Assembly (NCBI GenBank): GCA_964230865.1
Contig: CAXRJK010000024.1
Location: 3,246 to 67,245, forward strand
Origin: Winogradskyella sp.
GTDB lineage: Bacteria; Fidelibacterota; Marinisomatia; Marinisomatales; AB-629-J13
Direction of reading: 5' to 3'
DNA length: 64,000 nt
The stretch's first letter is position 1, and every line of letters begins with the position of its first letter. The position numbers and the translations under genes were made by a program. Below, piece after piece: positions 1 to 9,798 of this stretch. The notes under the pieces were generated by a model that made no database searches, was not told the origin of the DNA, and worked only from the letters and a program-made list of their open reading frames with translations.

Positions 1-1
1 A

Positions 2-1879
2 TTTACAATCGGCTGTGGAGGAGGCGAAAAGAAATCCAAAACAAGTTCTGTTTCAAAGACGGAGGTTATAGATAAGGATACATCTAAACCAGCAAATGAA
101 GGGGGATACGGATTTGAAAAATATGCAGAAAAACTGGGGTTTCAAACCTACGTGTGGTCAGAGGAAAAGGATGGAACATTTTTTGGTGACCCAACCGCCC
201 AAAAAGGAGGTAAAATACACTATATTCACTCCTTATTCCCAAGGACGCTGCGTGTGATTGGCCAAAACTCCAGTCAAGTTATAAATTCAAGAACAATCAG
301 CGCTCTATGTTATGAATCCTTGCTAGGACAACACCCTTCCACATTGGAGTTCGTACCAGGTTTGGCGTCTCACTGGTCTATTTCTGAAGATAAAATGACG
401 TTTAAGTACCGGATTAATCCTGACGCAAGATGGTCCGATGGGATACCTGTGACTGCGGACGATATTGTTGCGACTTGGGATTTGCGTATGGATGAAACAA
501 TTCTGATGCCCAGTGAGCAATTAACATTTAGTAAATATGAACGACCTGTAGCTGAAAGTAAATATATTGTTTCTGTTAAGGCTATAGAAGTGAACTGGAG
601 AAATTTTCTTTACATTTCCACCATGGTCGTTCACCCAAATCATATACTGAAAGATCTGGACGGAACAGCTTTCCTCGAAGAGTATACATTTTCTTTAATA
701 CCTGGGACAGGTCCATACATCATTCCTGAAAATAAAATACGTAATCAGGAATCTTATACATTAATACGTAGAGATGATTACTGGGCAAAGGATGATCCAT
801 TTAACCGATTTAAATATAATTTTGATGAAATTAAGATATCTGTTGTAAAAGATAATGATGCCCTTCAATATGAAAAATTCAAAAAAGGGGAACAAGACAT
901 ATTTACTGTAAGCCGTGCCCGACGGTGGGTAGAAGAATCTGACTTTGAAGCTACACAAAAAGGATGGATAAAAAAACAGCGTGTTTTCTCAGAGCGCCCA
1001 GCGGGCACATCGGGATATTTCTTTAATATGCGGAAGTGGCCTTTTGATGATAAACGTGTTCGATATGCGTTCTGCTATCTCTATAATAGGGAGAAAATGA
1101 ACAAAGAGATGTATTACAGTGAGTATGATATGATGAACTCAATGTTTGCAGGGTCCACATACGAAAATCCAAATAATAACCAATTTCATCACAGCCCGGA
1201 AAGAGCTGTTGAATTACTTAAAGAAGCTGGATATACTACAAGAAATGATGATGGCTGGCTTGTACATGAACCTACAGGCAAAGTATTATCATTTCAGTTG
1301 GATCTTCCAAAAACTTATGAATATATGGCGACACCGGTTCAACAAATGCTCAAAGATTATGGAATTGACATGCAAATTAAATTTGTGGATTACAACACCA
1401 TGATTAAAAATGTAAATGAACGAAACTTTACTATTGCTATGTTGGCATACAGTGGCCTTATTTATCCGAACCCTGAAACATCTTACCGCTCAACCCTCGC
1501 AGATAAAAATGATAACAACAATGTTTGGGGTTTCAAAAGTGAACGTGTTGATGAATTATTAGATGAATATGATATTTGTTTTGACCAAAAAAGACGGGTA
1601 GAAATTATTCAAGAGATTGATGGAATTGTGAGCGATGTCCACCCGACAGCATACAGTATCGCAAGGAACTACATTCGAACTATGTGGTGGGATAAATTTG
1701 GATATCCAGAGTGGAAACTATCGCGCTATGTTGGTGAATATTGGGATATTTTTTACTACTGGTGGATTGACGAAGACAAAGTGACCAGACTAAATAACGC
1801 AAAAGAAAATGATAAACAATTGGAAATCTTACCACTGGATATGACCTACTGGCCAGAACATTTGAAAGCGAACCAATAA
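2..1879 (+). CDS. ABC transporter substrate-binding lipoprotein, family 5 (peptide/nickel, YejA/OppA-like); 5' end lies outside the window
   Basis: The frame is open from nt 2 (FTIGCGGGEKKSKTSS: lipobox-like IGC plus a Gly/Ser linker), so the track's GTG at 152 is internal. About 600 aa. First gene of an SBP-permease-permease-ATPase-ATPase array. Confidence 0.8.
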   Translation, partial: FTIGCGGGEKKSKTSSVSKTEVIDKDTSKPANEGGYGFEKYAEKLGFQTYVWSEEKDGTFFGDPTAQKGGKIHYIHSLFPRTLRVIGQNSSQVINSRTISALCYESLLGQHPSTLEFVPGLASHWSISEDKMTFKYRINPDARWSDGIPVTADDIVATWDLRMDETILMPSEQLTFSKYERPVAESKYIVSVKAIEVNWRNFLYISTMVVHPNHILKDLDGTAFLEEYTFSLIPGTGPYIIPENKIRNQESYTLIRRDDYWAKDDPFNRFKYNFDEIKISVVKDNDALQYEKFKKGEQDIFTVSRARRWVEESDFEATQKGWIKKQRVFSERPAGTSGYFFNMRKWPFDDKRVRYAFCYLYNREKMNKEMYYSEYDMMNSMFAGSTYENPNNNQFHHSPERAVELLKEAGYTTRNDDGWLVHEPTGKVLSFQLDLPKTYEYMATPVQQMLKDYGIDMQIKFVDYNTMIKNVNERNFTIAMLAYSGLIYPNPETSYRSTLADKNDNNNVWGFKSERVDELLDEYDICFDQKRRVEIIQEIDGIVSDVHPTAYSIARNYIRTMWWDKFGYPEWKLSRYVGEYWDIFYYWWIDEDKVTRLNNAKENDKQLEILPLDMTYWPEHLKANQ

Positions 1880-1897
1880 CTTTATAGTGCCAGACAA

Positions 1898-3187
1898 ATG
1901 GCAACTTATTTTTTAAGACGACTCTTGTTAATGATTCCAACTTTTTTGGGATCGACCTTACTCGTATTCACTATACTTCAGTTGGCCCCAGGTGGTCCTT
2001 TAGAGCAGACCATATTGCAATTACAAATGGGAGGGCTCACAGGTGGTGGGGAAGGTGGCAGTGGATCAGCAGTGGGATTGGATGGAGGGAGCGTCCTACC
2101 AGAGTCTGCTTTAAAAGAATTGAAACGTTTTTATGGCTTCGATAAACCTATCTATCAAAGATATCTCATCTGGCTTGGGGTGTGGCCTAGGGAGATAAAA
2201 CATCGTGACTTTGAAGTTTTATCAACGTCCGCAGAGGTTGAGAAACGTGTGGGAAAGCGAGATGGTAGAATATGGAAAGTTGATATTAGGGTAGATGAAA
2301 ATAGTAAATTAATAGTCTATGAAAAAGATGGTACTAAGAGTGATATATGGGCCGCATCCATTGATAAGACTAAAGAAGATGGCACAAAAGAAGCTGTCAT
2401 TTTTCAAAGAGAATATTCAGGTATACTCACAGGTAATTTGGGAAAATCTTATACCTATCTAAAGCCAGTGACTGAGGTGATGAAACCAAGATTTCGTATT
2501 TCATTGTTTTTTGGATTGACAGGATTTTTTCTTTCTTATCTAATCTGTATCCCTCTGGGAATTCGTAAGGCTTTAAATCATGGGTCAGTTTTTGATTTTG
2601 GTTCTAGTGTTGCAATTTTTATTGCATATTCTATCCCAGGTTGGGCTTTAGGTGGTGTTCTTTTAGTATTGTTTGGAGGTGGAAGTTTTTGGGATATTTT
2701 CCCGCTTGGTGGATTCAGAAGTCCCATTGAAGTATGGGAAACATTAACTCCATTTGAAAAATTTATTGACCAGGTTCACCACATGGTTCTCCCAGTTATC
2801 GCATGGTCTATAAGTGGTTTCGCAACCTTAACTATTCTTATGAAAAACAGTTTGCTAGAGAATTTGAGCCAAGATTATATCCGAACCGCATTTGCAAAAG
2901 GATTACAAGAGAAGCGTGTTGTTTGGATTCATGCCATGAGAAATAGTGTAATTCCCATTGCCTCAGGGATTGGTCATATTCTTGGTGTGGTAATCGCTGG
3001 ATCTTATTTTATCGAGCGAGTTTTTAACATTGATGGCTTCGGGAGGTTAGCCTATGAGGCCATTTTATCTCGGGATTACCCAATTACCTTAGGATTTTTA
3101 GTTGTGGTAGTATTAATTAGATTAATCGGAAATATAATTAGCGACCTTGCTTTGGCAACCGTTGACCCAAGGATTCGTTTTAAATGA
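1898..3187 (+). CDS. ABC transporter permease, YejB/OppB-like, with an enlarged first periplasmic loop
   Basis: LAPGGPLEQ, RFYGFDKPIYQRY, IPLGIRKALNHGSVFD, SRDYPITLG and the C-terminal VDPRIRFK resemble YejB-type permeases. ATGA overlap with the next gene. Confidence 0.85.
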   Translation: MATYFLRRLLLMIPTFLGSTLLVFTILQLAPGGPLEQTILQLQMGGLTGGGEGGSGSAVGLDGGSVLPESALKELKRFYGFDKPIYQRYLIWLGVWPREIKHRDFEVLSTSAEVEKRVGKRDGRIWKVDIRVDENSKLIVYEKDGTKSDIWAASIDKTKEDGTKEAVIFQREYSGILTGNLGKSYTYLKPVTEVMKPRFRISLFFGLTGFFLSYLICIPLGIRKALNHGSVFDFGSSVAIFIAYSIPGWALGGVLLVLFGGGSFWDIFPLGGFRSPIEVWETLTPFEKFIDQVHHMVLPVIAWSISGFATLTILMKNSLLENLSQDYIRTAFAKGLQEKRVVWIHAMRNSVIPIASGIGHILGVVIAGSYFIERVFNIDGFGRLAYEAILSRDYPITLGFLVVVVLIRLIGNIISDLALATVDPRIRFK

Positions 3188-4245
3188 AGTTTCTAAAGAA
3201 ACAAGAAGATCAGCACATTTCTATTCTCCGAAAAAGGTGGTTGAAGTTTAAAACTTTAAAGAGAGGGTATTACTCTTTAATAACGCTGACAGTGTTGTAT
3301 GGCATTTCATTTTTCTTACCATTTCTTATTAACAACCGTGCATTATTGGTTGAATATGATGGTGAAATATATTTTCCTGTATTTAGTGGATATATCGCTG
3401 GAAAAACTTTTGGTCAGGACGTCCCCGGTGAAGCCCGATACCGTGAATTAAAAGAGCAGTTTAAAATGAAAAATAATGGAGACTGGGTTTTGATGCCCCC
3501 CTATCCTTATTCTCCATATGAAGATATTACGGTGGAGGGTAATAAAATGTATGAACCTCCTTCTACTAAACACTGGTTGGGAACTGATAATACGGGAAGA
3601 GATGTTTTCGCCCGATTATGCTATGCATTTAATATATCTATATCTTTTGCACTGATTTTGACCATTATCAACTACATTTTTGGTATTCTCATTGGAGGCT
3701 CTATGGGATATTTTGGTGGCAAATTTGATTTATTCTTCCAGAGGCTAATAGAAATATGGTCCAGCTTACCTATGCTCTTTGTCATCATCATTATCTCCTC
3801 AATTTTAAAACCATCCTTTTTACTCCTTGTTGGTATATATACAATGGTAAACTGGATAAGTATGACCTACCTTATGAGAGCAGAGTTCTACAGAGAAAAA
3901 GCGAAAGATTATGTTGCCGCAGCTTTAAGTATGGGTCAATCTAATTTCAAAGTTATGTTTAAACATATTTTCCCCAATGCACTGGTTCCGGTCATCACTT
4001 ACTTCCCATTTTCAATTGTCGCAGGAATTTCTGCTCTGGTAGGTTTAGACTATCTTGGTTTTGGGCTAGCTCCACCTACACCATCCTGGGGCCAAATGCT
4101 TGATGTTGGTTTACAAAATGTGACAAAATGGTGGATGGTATTTTCTCCGGTCTCTGCCCAGTTTTTGACTTTACTATCAATTGTATTTATTGGAGAGGGA
4201 GTTCGAGAAGCATTTGATCCTAAGGTCTATTCAAGGCTCCGATGA
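3184..4245 (+). CDS. ABC transporter permease, YejE/OppC-like
   Basis: HWLGTDNTGRDVFARL, IEIWSSLPMLFVIIII and the GEGVREAFDP tail. ATGA overlaps on both sides. Confidence 0.85.
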   Translation: MKFLKKQEDQHISILRKRWLKFKTLKRGYYSLITLTVLYGISFFLPFLINNRALLVEYDGEIYFPVFSGYIAGKTFGQDVPGEARYRELKEQFKMKNNGDWVLMPPYPYSPYEDITVEGNKMYEPPSTKHWLGTDNTGRDVFARLCYAFNISISFALILTIINYIFGILIGGSMGYFGGKFDLFFQRLIEIWSSLPMLFVIIIISSILKPSFLLLVGIYTMVNWISMTYLMRAEFYREKAKDYVAAALSMGQSNFKVMFKHIFPNALVPVITYFPFSIVAGISALVGLDYLGFGLAPPTPSWGQMLDVGLQNVTKWWMVFSPVSAQFLTLLSIVFIGEGVREAFDPKVYSRLR

Positions 4246-5717
4246 AAAACGGGAAACTACTAGAGATCAAAGGTTTGAAAACCCGATTCAAGATCGGGAA
4301 TCAATGGGCATCAGCCGTAAATGGAATAGATTTTGATATTTTCAAAGGAGAAACTTTAGGAATTGTTGGCGAATCTGGTTCAGGAAAATCTGTTTCAGTT
4401 TTATCACTTATTCAGCTGATTCCAAATCCACCTGGTGAAGTGAGCGAAGGTACAATAAAATTTAGGGATGAGATTATTTTTGATGGAAAAGATCTTGAAA
4501 AGATTAAAAAAATTCCAAATTTTAAATATTTTCCTAAATTAAAAGGTAAAAACCGGTCTTGGGTTACTCGATTGTTCTTTGCTAGTTGGATTGGGCTACA
4601 TTTACTATTACCGATTAAGGGAATAATCATATTCATTATCTCATTTTTAGCAGATGTTTTTGTAACTACTCATTTGTTTTTTAAATCTCCACAGAAGGAG
4701 GCATTTAAAAATTTTAGAGAAAAACTTTATAAAAAAATGAGAAATTATCGTGGGCGAGAAATAGCAATGATTTTTCAGGAACCAATGACTTCACTGAACC
4801 CAGTATTCACTGTTGGTATGCAAGTCACAGAAGCGATAAAACCAAAACGATTATTTGAATATATATTTGATAGCATTTTATCATCAGTCTCCACTCTTCT
4901 TGATATTCCTGTAATGTTGAGAATAAAAATATCTGTTATTTTTAGTTTAGTTACTATTATTTTTTCCCAATTGGTTGCAGGATGGAGTTTCTATGGGCTG
5001 GATATTTTCATCGCCTTACTTATTGGGATATCATTTCCTACAGTAATTGCCTATTTAATGATTGGAATTAGCAAGCTTATTTCAAAGGAATATAAAGAAA
5101 AACATGAAGAGCTATTTAATCTTGGAGCAGAACTTTTAAAAAGAGTTGGTATACCAGATGCGGAAAAAAGAATGAATGATTATCCCCATCAATTTTCGGG
5201 GGGAATGCGCCAAAGAGTGATGATCGCAATGGCTCTCGCGAAAAATCCATCTCTCCTGATTGCTGATGAACCCACAACTGCATTGGACGTTACCATTCAG
5301 GCACAAATACTTGAATTGATGTTAGAGCTAAAGGACCAAAATGAAGAGGCAGCTGTTATTTTAATTACACATGATTTAGCTGTAGTCGCGGAAACATGTG
5401 AGAGGGTGATAGTAATGTATGGTGGAATGATACAGGAGGTAGCGCCAGTAGAGATGTTATTTGAAAAACCACTTCATCCTTACACAAAAGGATTGCTCAA
5501 TTCAATTCCACATCCAGATGAACATAACCCTAAGGAAAAATTGGAAACAATTTCTGGAATGGTTCCAAATATCGTTGATATGCCATCTGGATGCAAATTT
5601 TGTACTAGATGCGATTGGGTAGAGGAACGGTGTAATACTGATGAACCTCCATTGAAGGAAATTGATCCAAATCATTTTGTTCGTTGTCATGTCGTTGCAG
5701 AGGGAGGATTAAGTTGA
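4242..5717 (+). CDS. ABC transporter ATP-binding protein (OppD / YejF N-half-like) with two hydrophobic insertions
   Basis: Walker [10 protein letters not shown]-loop IAMIFQEP, signature FSGGMRQR, Walker [18 protein letters not shown], and the oligopeptide C-terminal Cys motif. 491 aa instead of about 330. Confidence 0.85.
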   Translation: MKNGKLLEIKGLKTRFKIGNQWASAVNGIDFDIFKGETLGIVGESGSGKSVSVLSLIQLIPNPPGEVSEGTIKFRDEIIFDGKDLEKIKKIPNFKYFPKLKGKNRSWVTRLFFASWIGLHLLLPIKGIIIFIISFLADVFVTTHLFFKSPQKEAFKNFREKLYKKMRNYRGREIAMIFQEPMTSLNPVFTVGMQVTEAIKPKRLFEYIFDSILSSVSTLLDIPVMLRIKISVIFSLVTIIFSQLVAGWSFYGLDIFIALLIGISFPTVIAYLMIGISKLISKEYKEKHEELFNLGAELLKRVGIPDAEKRMNDYPHQFSGGMRQRVMIAMALAKNPSLLIADEPTTALDVTIQAQILELMLELKDQNEEAAVILITHDLAVVAETCERVIVMYGGMIQEVAPVEMLFEKPLHPYTKGLLNSIPHPDEHNPKEKLETISGMVPNIVDMPSGCKFCTRCDWVEERCNTDEPPLKEIDPNHFVRCHVVAEGGLS

Positions 5718-6730
5718 GCGCTAAATCACTAGTAGATATTAGAAATTTATCAGTTAGTTTTCCGGTTTATGGTGGAATCCTTTCGAGAAAAGTTGCAGAA
5801 GTCAAGGCGGTAGATGATATTTCTTTCACTATTGGTAAAAGTGAGATTGTAGGATTGGTTGGAGAGTCAGGATGTGGAAAGACAACGGTCGGAAGAGCGC
5901 TGATCAATATTTTAAAATATGTAGCTCCGGATGTAGAAATTGGCGGTGAAATTATCTATCGCTTTGATGGTGAGGATATAGATTTCACCAAACTCTCTCC
6001 TAGGCAAATGAGAAAATATAGATCTCGAGTACAAATGATTTTTCAGGATCCCTATGCTTCTCTAAATCCTCGTATGACTGTCTCACAGATTATAGAAGAG
6101 CCATTGAAAATACATACAGATTTATCTCTAAAAGAGAGGGAAGAAAATGTGCATTCTCTTTTGGGGAAAGTTGGACTAAGGGTAGACCACGCTGGAAGAT
6201 TTCCTCATGAATTTTCAGGAGGTCAGAGACAGCGCGTTGGAATAGCCCGTGCTCTGGCGACCAATCCAGATTTGATTATCTGTGATGAACCAGTTTCTGC
6301 ATTGGATGTATCAATTCAAGCACAGGTAATTAACCTGATGATGGATATTCAGAAAGAATTTGACGTGTCCTTTTTATTTATAGCTCATGATTTATCTGTT
6401 GTGGAACATATTTCAGATAAGATTGCTGTCATGTATTTAGGTAATCTGGTAGAGTTTGGCGAAGCAGGTCAAATCTATCACCATCCCAGACATCCTTACA
6501 GTCGAGCTCTTCTTTCAGCTGTCCCTGTTCCTGATCCAAAGCAAAAAGAAAGAGAACGAATCGTTTTGAAAGGTGATGTTCCAACACCTATGAATAAGCC
6601 TTCAGGCTGTAGTTTTAGAACTAGATGTCCCTTGGCTGAACAAGCCTGTGCCGAAAAAATACCCAAATTAGAAACACATGCCTCAGACCATTGGGTAGCA
6701 TGTCCTATTGTAAAAAATGAAGGAGTATAA
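5714..6730 (+). CDS. ABC transporter ATP-binding protein (OppF / YejF C-half-like)
   Basis: GESGCGKTT, FSGGQRQRVGIARAL, LIICDEPVSALD. Start moved to TTG 5714 (TTGA overlap with the upstream stop, AGGGAGGA at 5701-5708), because the track start 5684 lies inside the upstream gene. Confidence 0.85.
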   Translation: MSAKSLVDIRNLSVSFPVYGGILSRKVAEVKAVDDISFTIGKSEIVGLVGESGCGKTTVGRALINILKYVAPDVEIGGEIIYRFDGEDIDFTKLSPRQMRKYRSRVQMIFQDPYASLNPRMTVSQIIEEPLKIHTDLSLKEREENVHSLLGKVGLRVDHAGRFPHEFSGGQRQRVGIARALATNPDLIICDEPVSALDVSIQAQVINLMMDIQKEFDVSFLFIAHDLSVVEHISDKIAVMYLGNLVEFGEAGQIYHHPRHPYSRALLSAVPVPDPKQKERERIVLKGDVPTPMNKPSGCSFRTRCPLAEQACAEKIPKLETHASDHWVACPIVKNEGV

Positions 6731-8421
6731 TGAAATATAGCGAATTTCCGTATAAAAGAATTTCAATTGAAACTCAAAAAGAATTCATGCAGAATTGGTT
6801 AAAGAGATTCAATGATGCAGAATCAGCTGAGGAACAAATTAAAGTATTGGAAGAAGTAAATACATCCATCAGTGAATACTCATCTTATGGTGCGATTGCA
6901 AGTTTAAACTTTAATCGCAATATACATGATGAAGAGGCCAAAGCAGAAAAAGAATATTATGATTCTATTGGACCTGATATACAAGAAATTTATAATGATT
7001 TAGATAAAGCAATAGACTCCTCAAAATTCAAATCAGAGCTCAGAGATAAATGGGGAAATACTTTTTTAAAGAGTATTGAAATGGATTTAAAAACTTTTCA
7101 TCCAAATATAATGGACATGATGAGAGAAGAAACAGACCTCAGAAATGATTACACAAAATTAATTGGGGGAGCACAAATAGAATTTGATGGAGAAACCTAC
7201 AATCTAGCCGGATTGGGTCCGTTTCACAAAGATAAAAGTCGCGCTATACGGAAACGATCTTATAAAGCCCGATTTGACTGGTTTGCTGAGAATTCAGATA
7301 AGTTTGATAACCTCTATGATAAATTGGTAAAACTTCGACATAAAATTGCTACTACACTTGGCTATAAAAATTTTATAGAGTTAGGTTATCTTCGGATGAG
7401 TCGTTCAGATTACGGGCCTGAAGAAGTAGCGAACTTCCGAAAACAAATTGTTGATTATGTTGTACCAATTGCTGACAAACTTTCGGAACAGAAAAAGAAA
7501 ATACTCGGATTAGAACATCTATATTTTTATGATGGGATAAATTTTATAGAAGGAGATCCAAAGCCGAAGGGTACACCAGATGAGTTGGTCAAAGGTGCCC
7601 AAAAAATGTACCATGATTTATCACCTGAGACAGGTGAGTTCTTTGATATAATGGTGAACGAGCAATTGATGGATTTAGTAAACCGTGATGGCAAAATGGC
7701 GGGGGGATTTTGTACAGCATTTCCAACATATGAGCGTCCTTATATTTTTTCCAATTTCAATGGAACTGACCATGATATAACAGTATTAACTCATGAAGCA
7801 GGGCACGCTTTTCAATGTTACTCTAGTCGTAAACAGCCACTAGTCAGTTATTTATGGCCAACAATGGAATCAGCAGAAATTCATTCTATGAGTATGGAAT
7901 TTTTTACATGGCCATGGATGGATACATTTTTCAAGGAAGAAACTGAACGATTCAAATATAAGCATATTGCGGGAAGTCTATCTTTTCTGCCTTATGGAGC
8001 ATGTGTAGATCACTTTCAGCATTGGGTATATGAGTACCCTGAAGCAACGCCAAAAGATAGGAAACAGAAATGGCTAGAATTAGAATCTATCTATTTACCA
8101 GACCGAGATTACGGTGACTTGGAATTTCCAAAGACTGGAGGTATATGGCAAGGTCAGCTTCATATTTATCAAATGCCGTTTTATTATATAGATTATACAT
8201 TGGCTCAAACCTGTGCATTTCAGTTCTGGATCAAAAACGAAGAAAACCATAAAAAAGCTTGGGAAGATTACTATCGCTTGTGCAAAGCAGGGGGCAGTTT
8301 ACCGTTTACAGAGTTGGTTAAGCTGGCAAAATTGAAATCTCCTTTTGAAGATGGATGTCTAAAGTCTGTTGTCAATAAAGTGTCAAACTGGCTGGATAAT
8401 ATTGACCCGTTGTCATTATAA
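6730..8421 (+). CDS. pepF: M3B oligoendopeptidase F
   Basis: HEAGHAF zinc motif (HEXXH). 563 aa, no signal peptide. TAATG 1-nt overlap with the ATPase gene. Confidence 0.8.
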   Translation: MKYSEFPYKRISIETQKEFMQNWLKRFNDAESAEEQIKVLEEVNTSISEYSSYGAIASLNFNRNIHDEEAKAEKEYYDSIGPDIQEIYNDLDKAIDSSKFKSELRDKWGNTFLKSIEMDLKTFHPNIMDMMREETDLRNDYTKLIGGAQIEFDGETYNLAGLGPFHKDKSRAIRKRSYKARFDWFAENSDKFDNLYDKLVKLRHKIATTLGYKNFIELGYLRMSRSDYGPEEVANFRKQIVDYVVPIADKLSEQKKKILGLEHLYFYDGINFIEGDPKPKGTPDELVKGAQKMYHDLSPETGEFFDIMVNEQLMDLVNRDGKMAGGFCTAFPTYERPYIFSNFNGTDHDITVLTHEAGHAFQCYSSRKQPLVSYLWPTMESAEIHSMSMEFFTWPWMDTFFKEETERFKYKHIAGSLSFLPYGACVDHFQHWVYEYPEATPKDRKQKWLELESIYLPDRDYGDLEFPKTGGIWQGQLHIYQMPFYYIDYTLAQTCAFQFWIKNEENHKKAWEDYYRLCKAGGSLPFTELVKLAKLKSPFEDGCLKSVVNKVSNWLDNIDPLSL

Positions 8422-8472
8422 TGACAACTCAAAAATGTTTGGCAATTTAAATTACTATTTAAATAAAGAAAA

Positions 8473-9171
8473 TTGGAAAAAGAAAAAGCAGTTGTTCTTT
8501 TAAGTGGAGGGCTGGATTCAGCTACTTCACTGGCAATTGCAGTTAAGAAGGGATATGAGGTTTTACCTCTAACTATTGACTACGGACAAAGACATAAATG
8601 GGAAATTGATTGCTCAAAAAAACTAATTCAATATTATAATCTAAATCACCATAAAATAATTGGGCTAGACTTAGCTTCTATTGGTGGATCAGCACTAACA
8701 GATAAATTTGATATTCCTAAAAACCGTCATATAGATGATATGAGTAGTGAGATTCCTATTACTTATGTCCCCGCTCGAAATACAATTTTTCTTTCCATCG
8801 CATTGGGATATGCAGAGGTCGTAAAAGCTCGACATATCTATATGGGAGTTAATGCCCTAGATTATAGCGGATATCCGGACTGTAGACCTGAATTCATCAA
8901 GTCTTTCGAAACTCTCGCAAACCTAGCAACAAAAATTAGCGTAGAAAACAAAATTAAATTCAAGATACATACACCCCTGATCCAAATGACAAAAAAAGAG
9001 ATCATAATAAAAGGCTGTGAGTTAGGGGTTGATTATTCCCTGACACACACTTGTTATGATCCAAACTCGATTGGAGACCCATGTGGATATTGTGATGCAT
9101 GTATGCTTCGCCTGAAGGGGTTTAAGGATGCCGGACTAAAGGATCCGTTAAATTATTCCAGTGAGTTATAA
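8473..9171 (+). CDS. queC: 7-cyano-7-deazaguanine synthase
   Basis: PP-loop VVLLSGGLDSAT and C-terminal zinc cysteines CYDP..CGYCDACMLR. 232 aa. TTG start. Confidence 0.9.
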   Translation: MEKEKAVVLLSGGLDSATSLAIAVKKGYEVLPLTIDYGQRHKWEIDCSKKLIQYYNLNHHKIIGLDLASIGGSALTDKFDIPKNRHIDDMSSEIPITYVPARNTIFLSIALGYAEVVKARHIYMGVNALDYSGYPDCRPEFIKSFETLANLATKISVENKIKFKIHTPLIQMTKKEIIIKGCELGVDYSLTHTCYDPNSIGDPCGYCDACMLRLKGFKDAGLKDPLNYSSEL

Positions 9172-9790
9172 AGTTAAAGAAGCATATTTAACAATTCAAG
9201 GAGAAGGATATCAAACAGGAAGAGTAGCGGTATTTTGCAGATTTGCGGGGTGTAATCTATGGAGCGGATTGGAAAAGGATCGAGAGACAGCTATTTGTGA
9301 TTTCTGTGACACCGATTTTGTTGGAATAAACGGCCCAGGCGGTGGTGTATTCTTTGATGCTAATTCATTGACAATTCACTTGCTTTCACTATGGAAAAGT
9401 ACCAAAAAACCATTCGTGGTATTTACCGGAGGGGAGCCTCTCCTTCAAATAGATGATACTCTAATTAAAGAGTTGAAGAGAAACAAAATTGAAATAGCTA
9501 TAGAAACCAATGGAACAATTCCTAAGCCAAGAGGTATAGACTGGGTGTGTGTAAGTCCTAAATCAGGAGCTGAAATTGTTCTAACTTCAGGTGAAGAATG
9601 TAAGGTAGTCTATCCTCAGAAAGATTTAGATTTGAATCAGTTTTTGGAAATGGATTTTAAGTATTTTAGCTTACAACCTATGGATGGAGATAATTTGGAC
9701 CGTAATATCGCAGAAACATTGGAATATTGCAGAAATAATCCAAAATGGAATTTAAGTTTACAGATTCATAAGCTTATTAATATCCCCTGA
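9161..9790 (+). CDS. queE: 7-carboxy-7-deazaguanine synthase (radical SAM)
   Basis: LTIQGEG N-terminus and Cys cluster C31-x14-C46-x2-C49. 209 aa. Sits between queC and queD. GTG start overlapping the queC end. Confidence 0.85.
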   Translation: MSYKVKEAYLTIQGEGYQTGRVAVFCRFAGCNLWSGLEKDRETAICDFCDTDFVGINGPGGGVFFDANSLTIHLLSLWKSTKKPFVVFTGGEPLLQIDDTLIKELKRNKIEIAIETNGTIPKPRGIDWVCVSPKSGAEIVLTSGEECKVVYPQKDLDLNQFLEMDFKYFSLQPMDGDNLDRNIAETLEYCRNNPKWNLSLQIHKLINIP

Positions 9791-9798
9791 GTAGTACC

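Noticed and set aside
4503-5111. Whether the ATPase insertions are inteins, an IS remnant or an assembly chimera.
   Set aside because: The reading frame is continuous. There are no intein splice-junction residues or HNF-type blocks, no terminal inverted repeats and no transposase fragments. Mis-assembly cannot be excluded without reads, but two separate in-frame blocks make it unlikely.
8410-8427. Perfect 18-nt palindrome TTGTCATTATAATGACAA overlapping the pepF stop codon, considered as a terminator.
   Set aside because: The stem is almost entirely A-T and no U-tract follows. It could be a weak hairpin or a protein-binding site, but support is insufficient.
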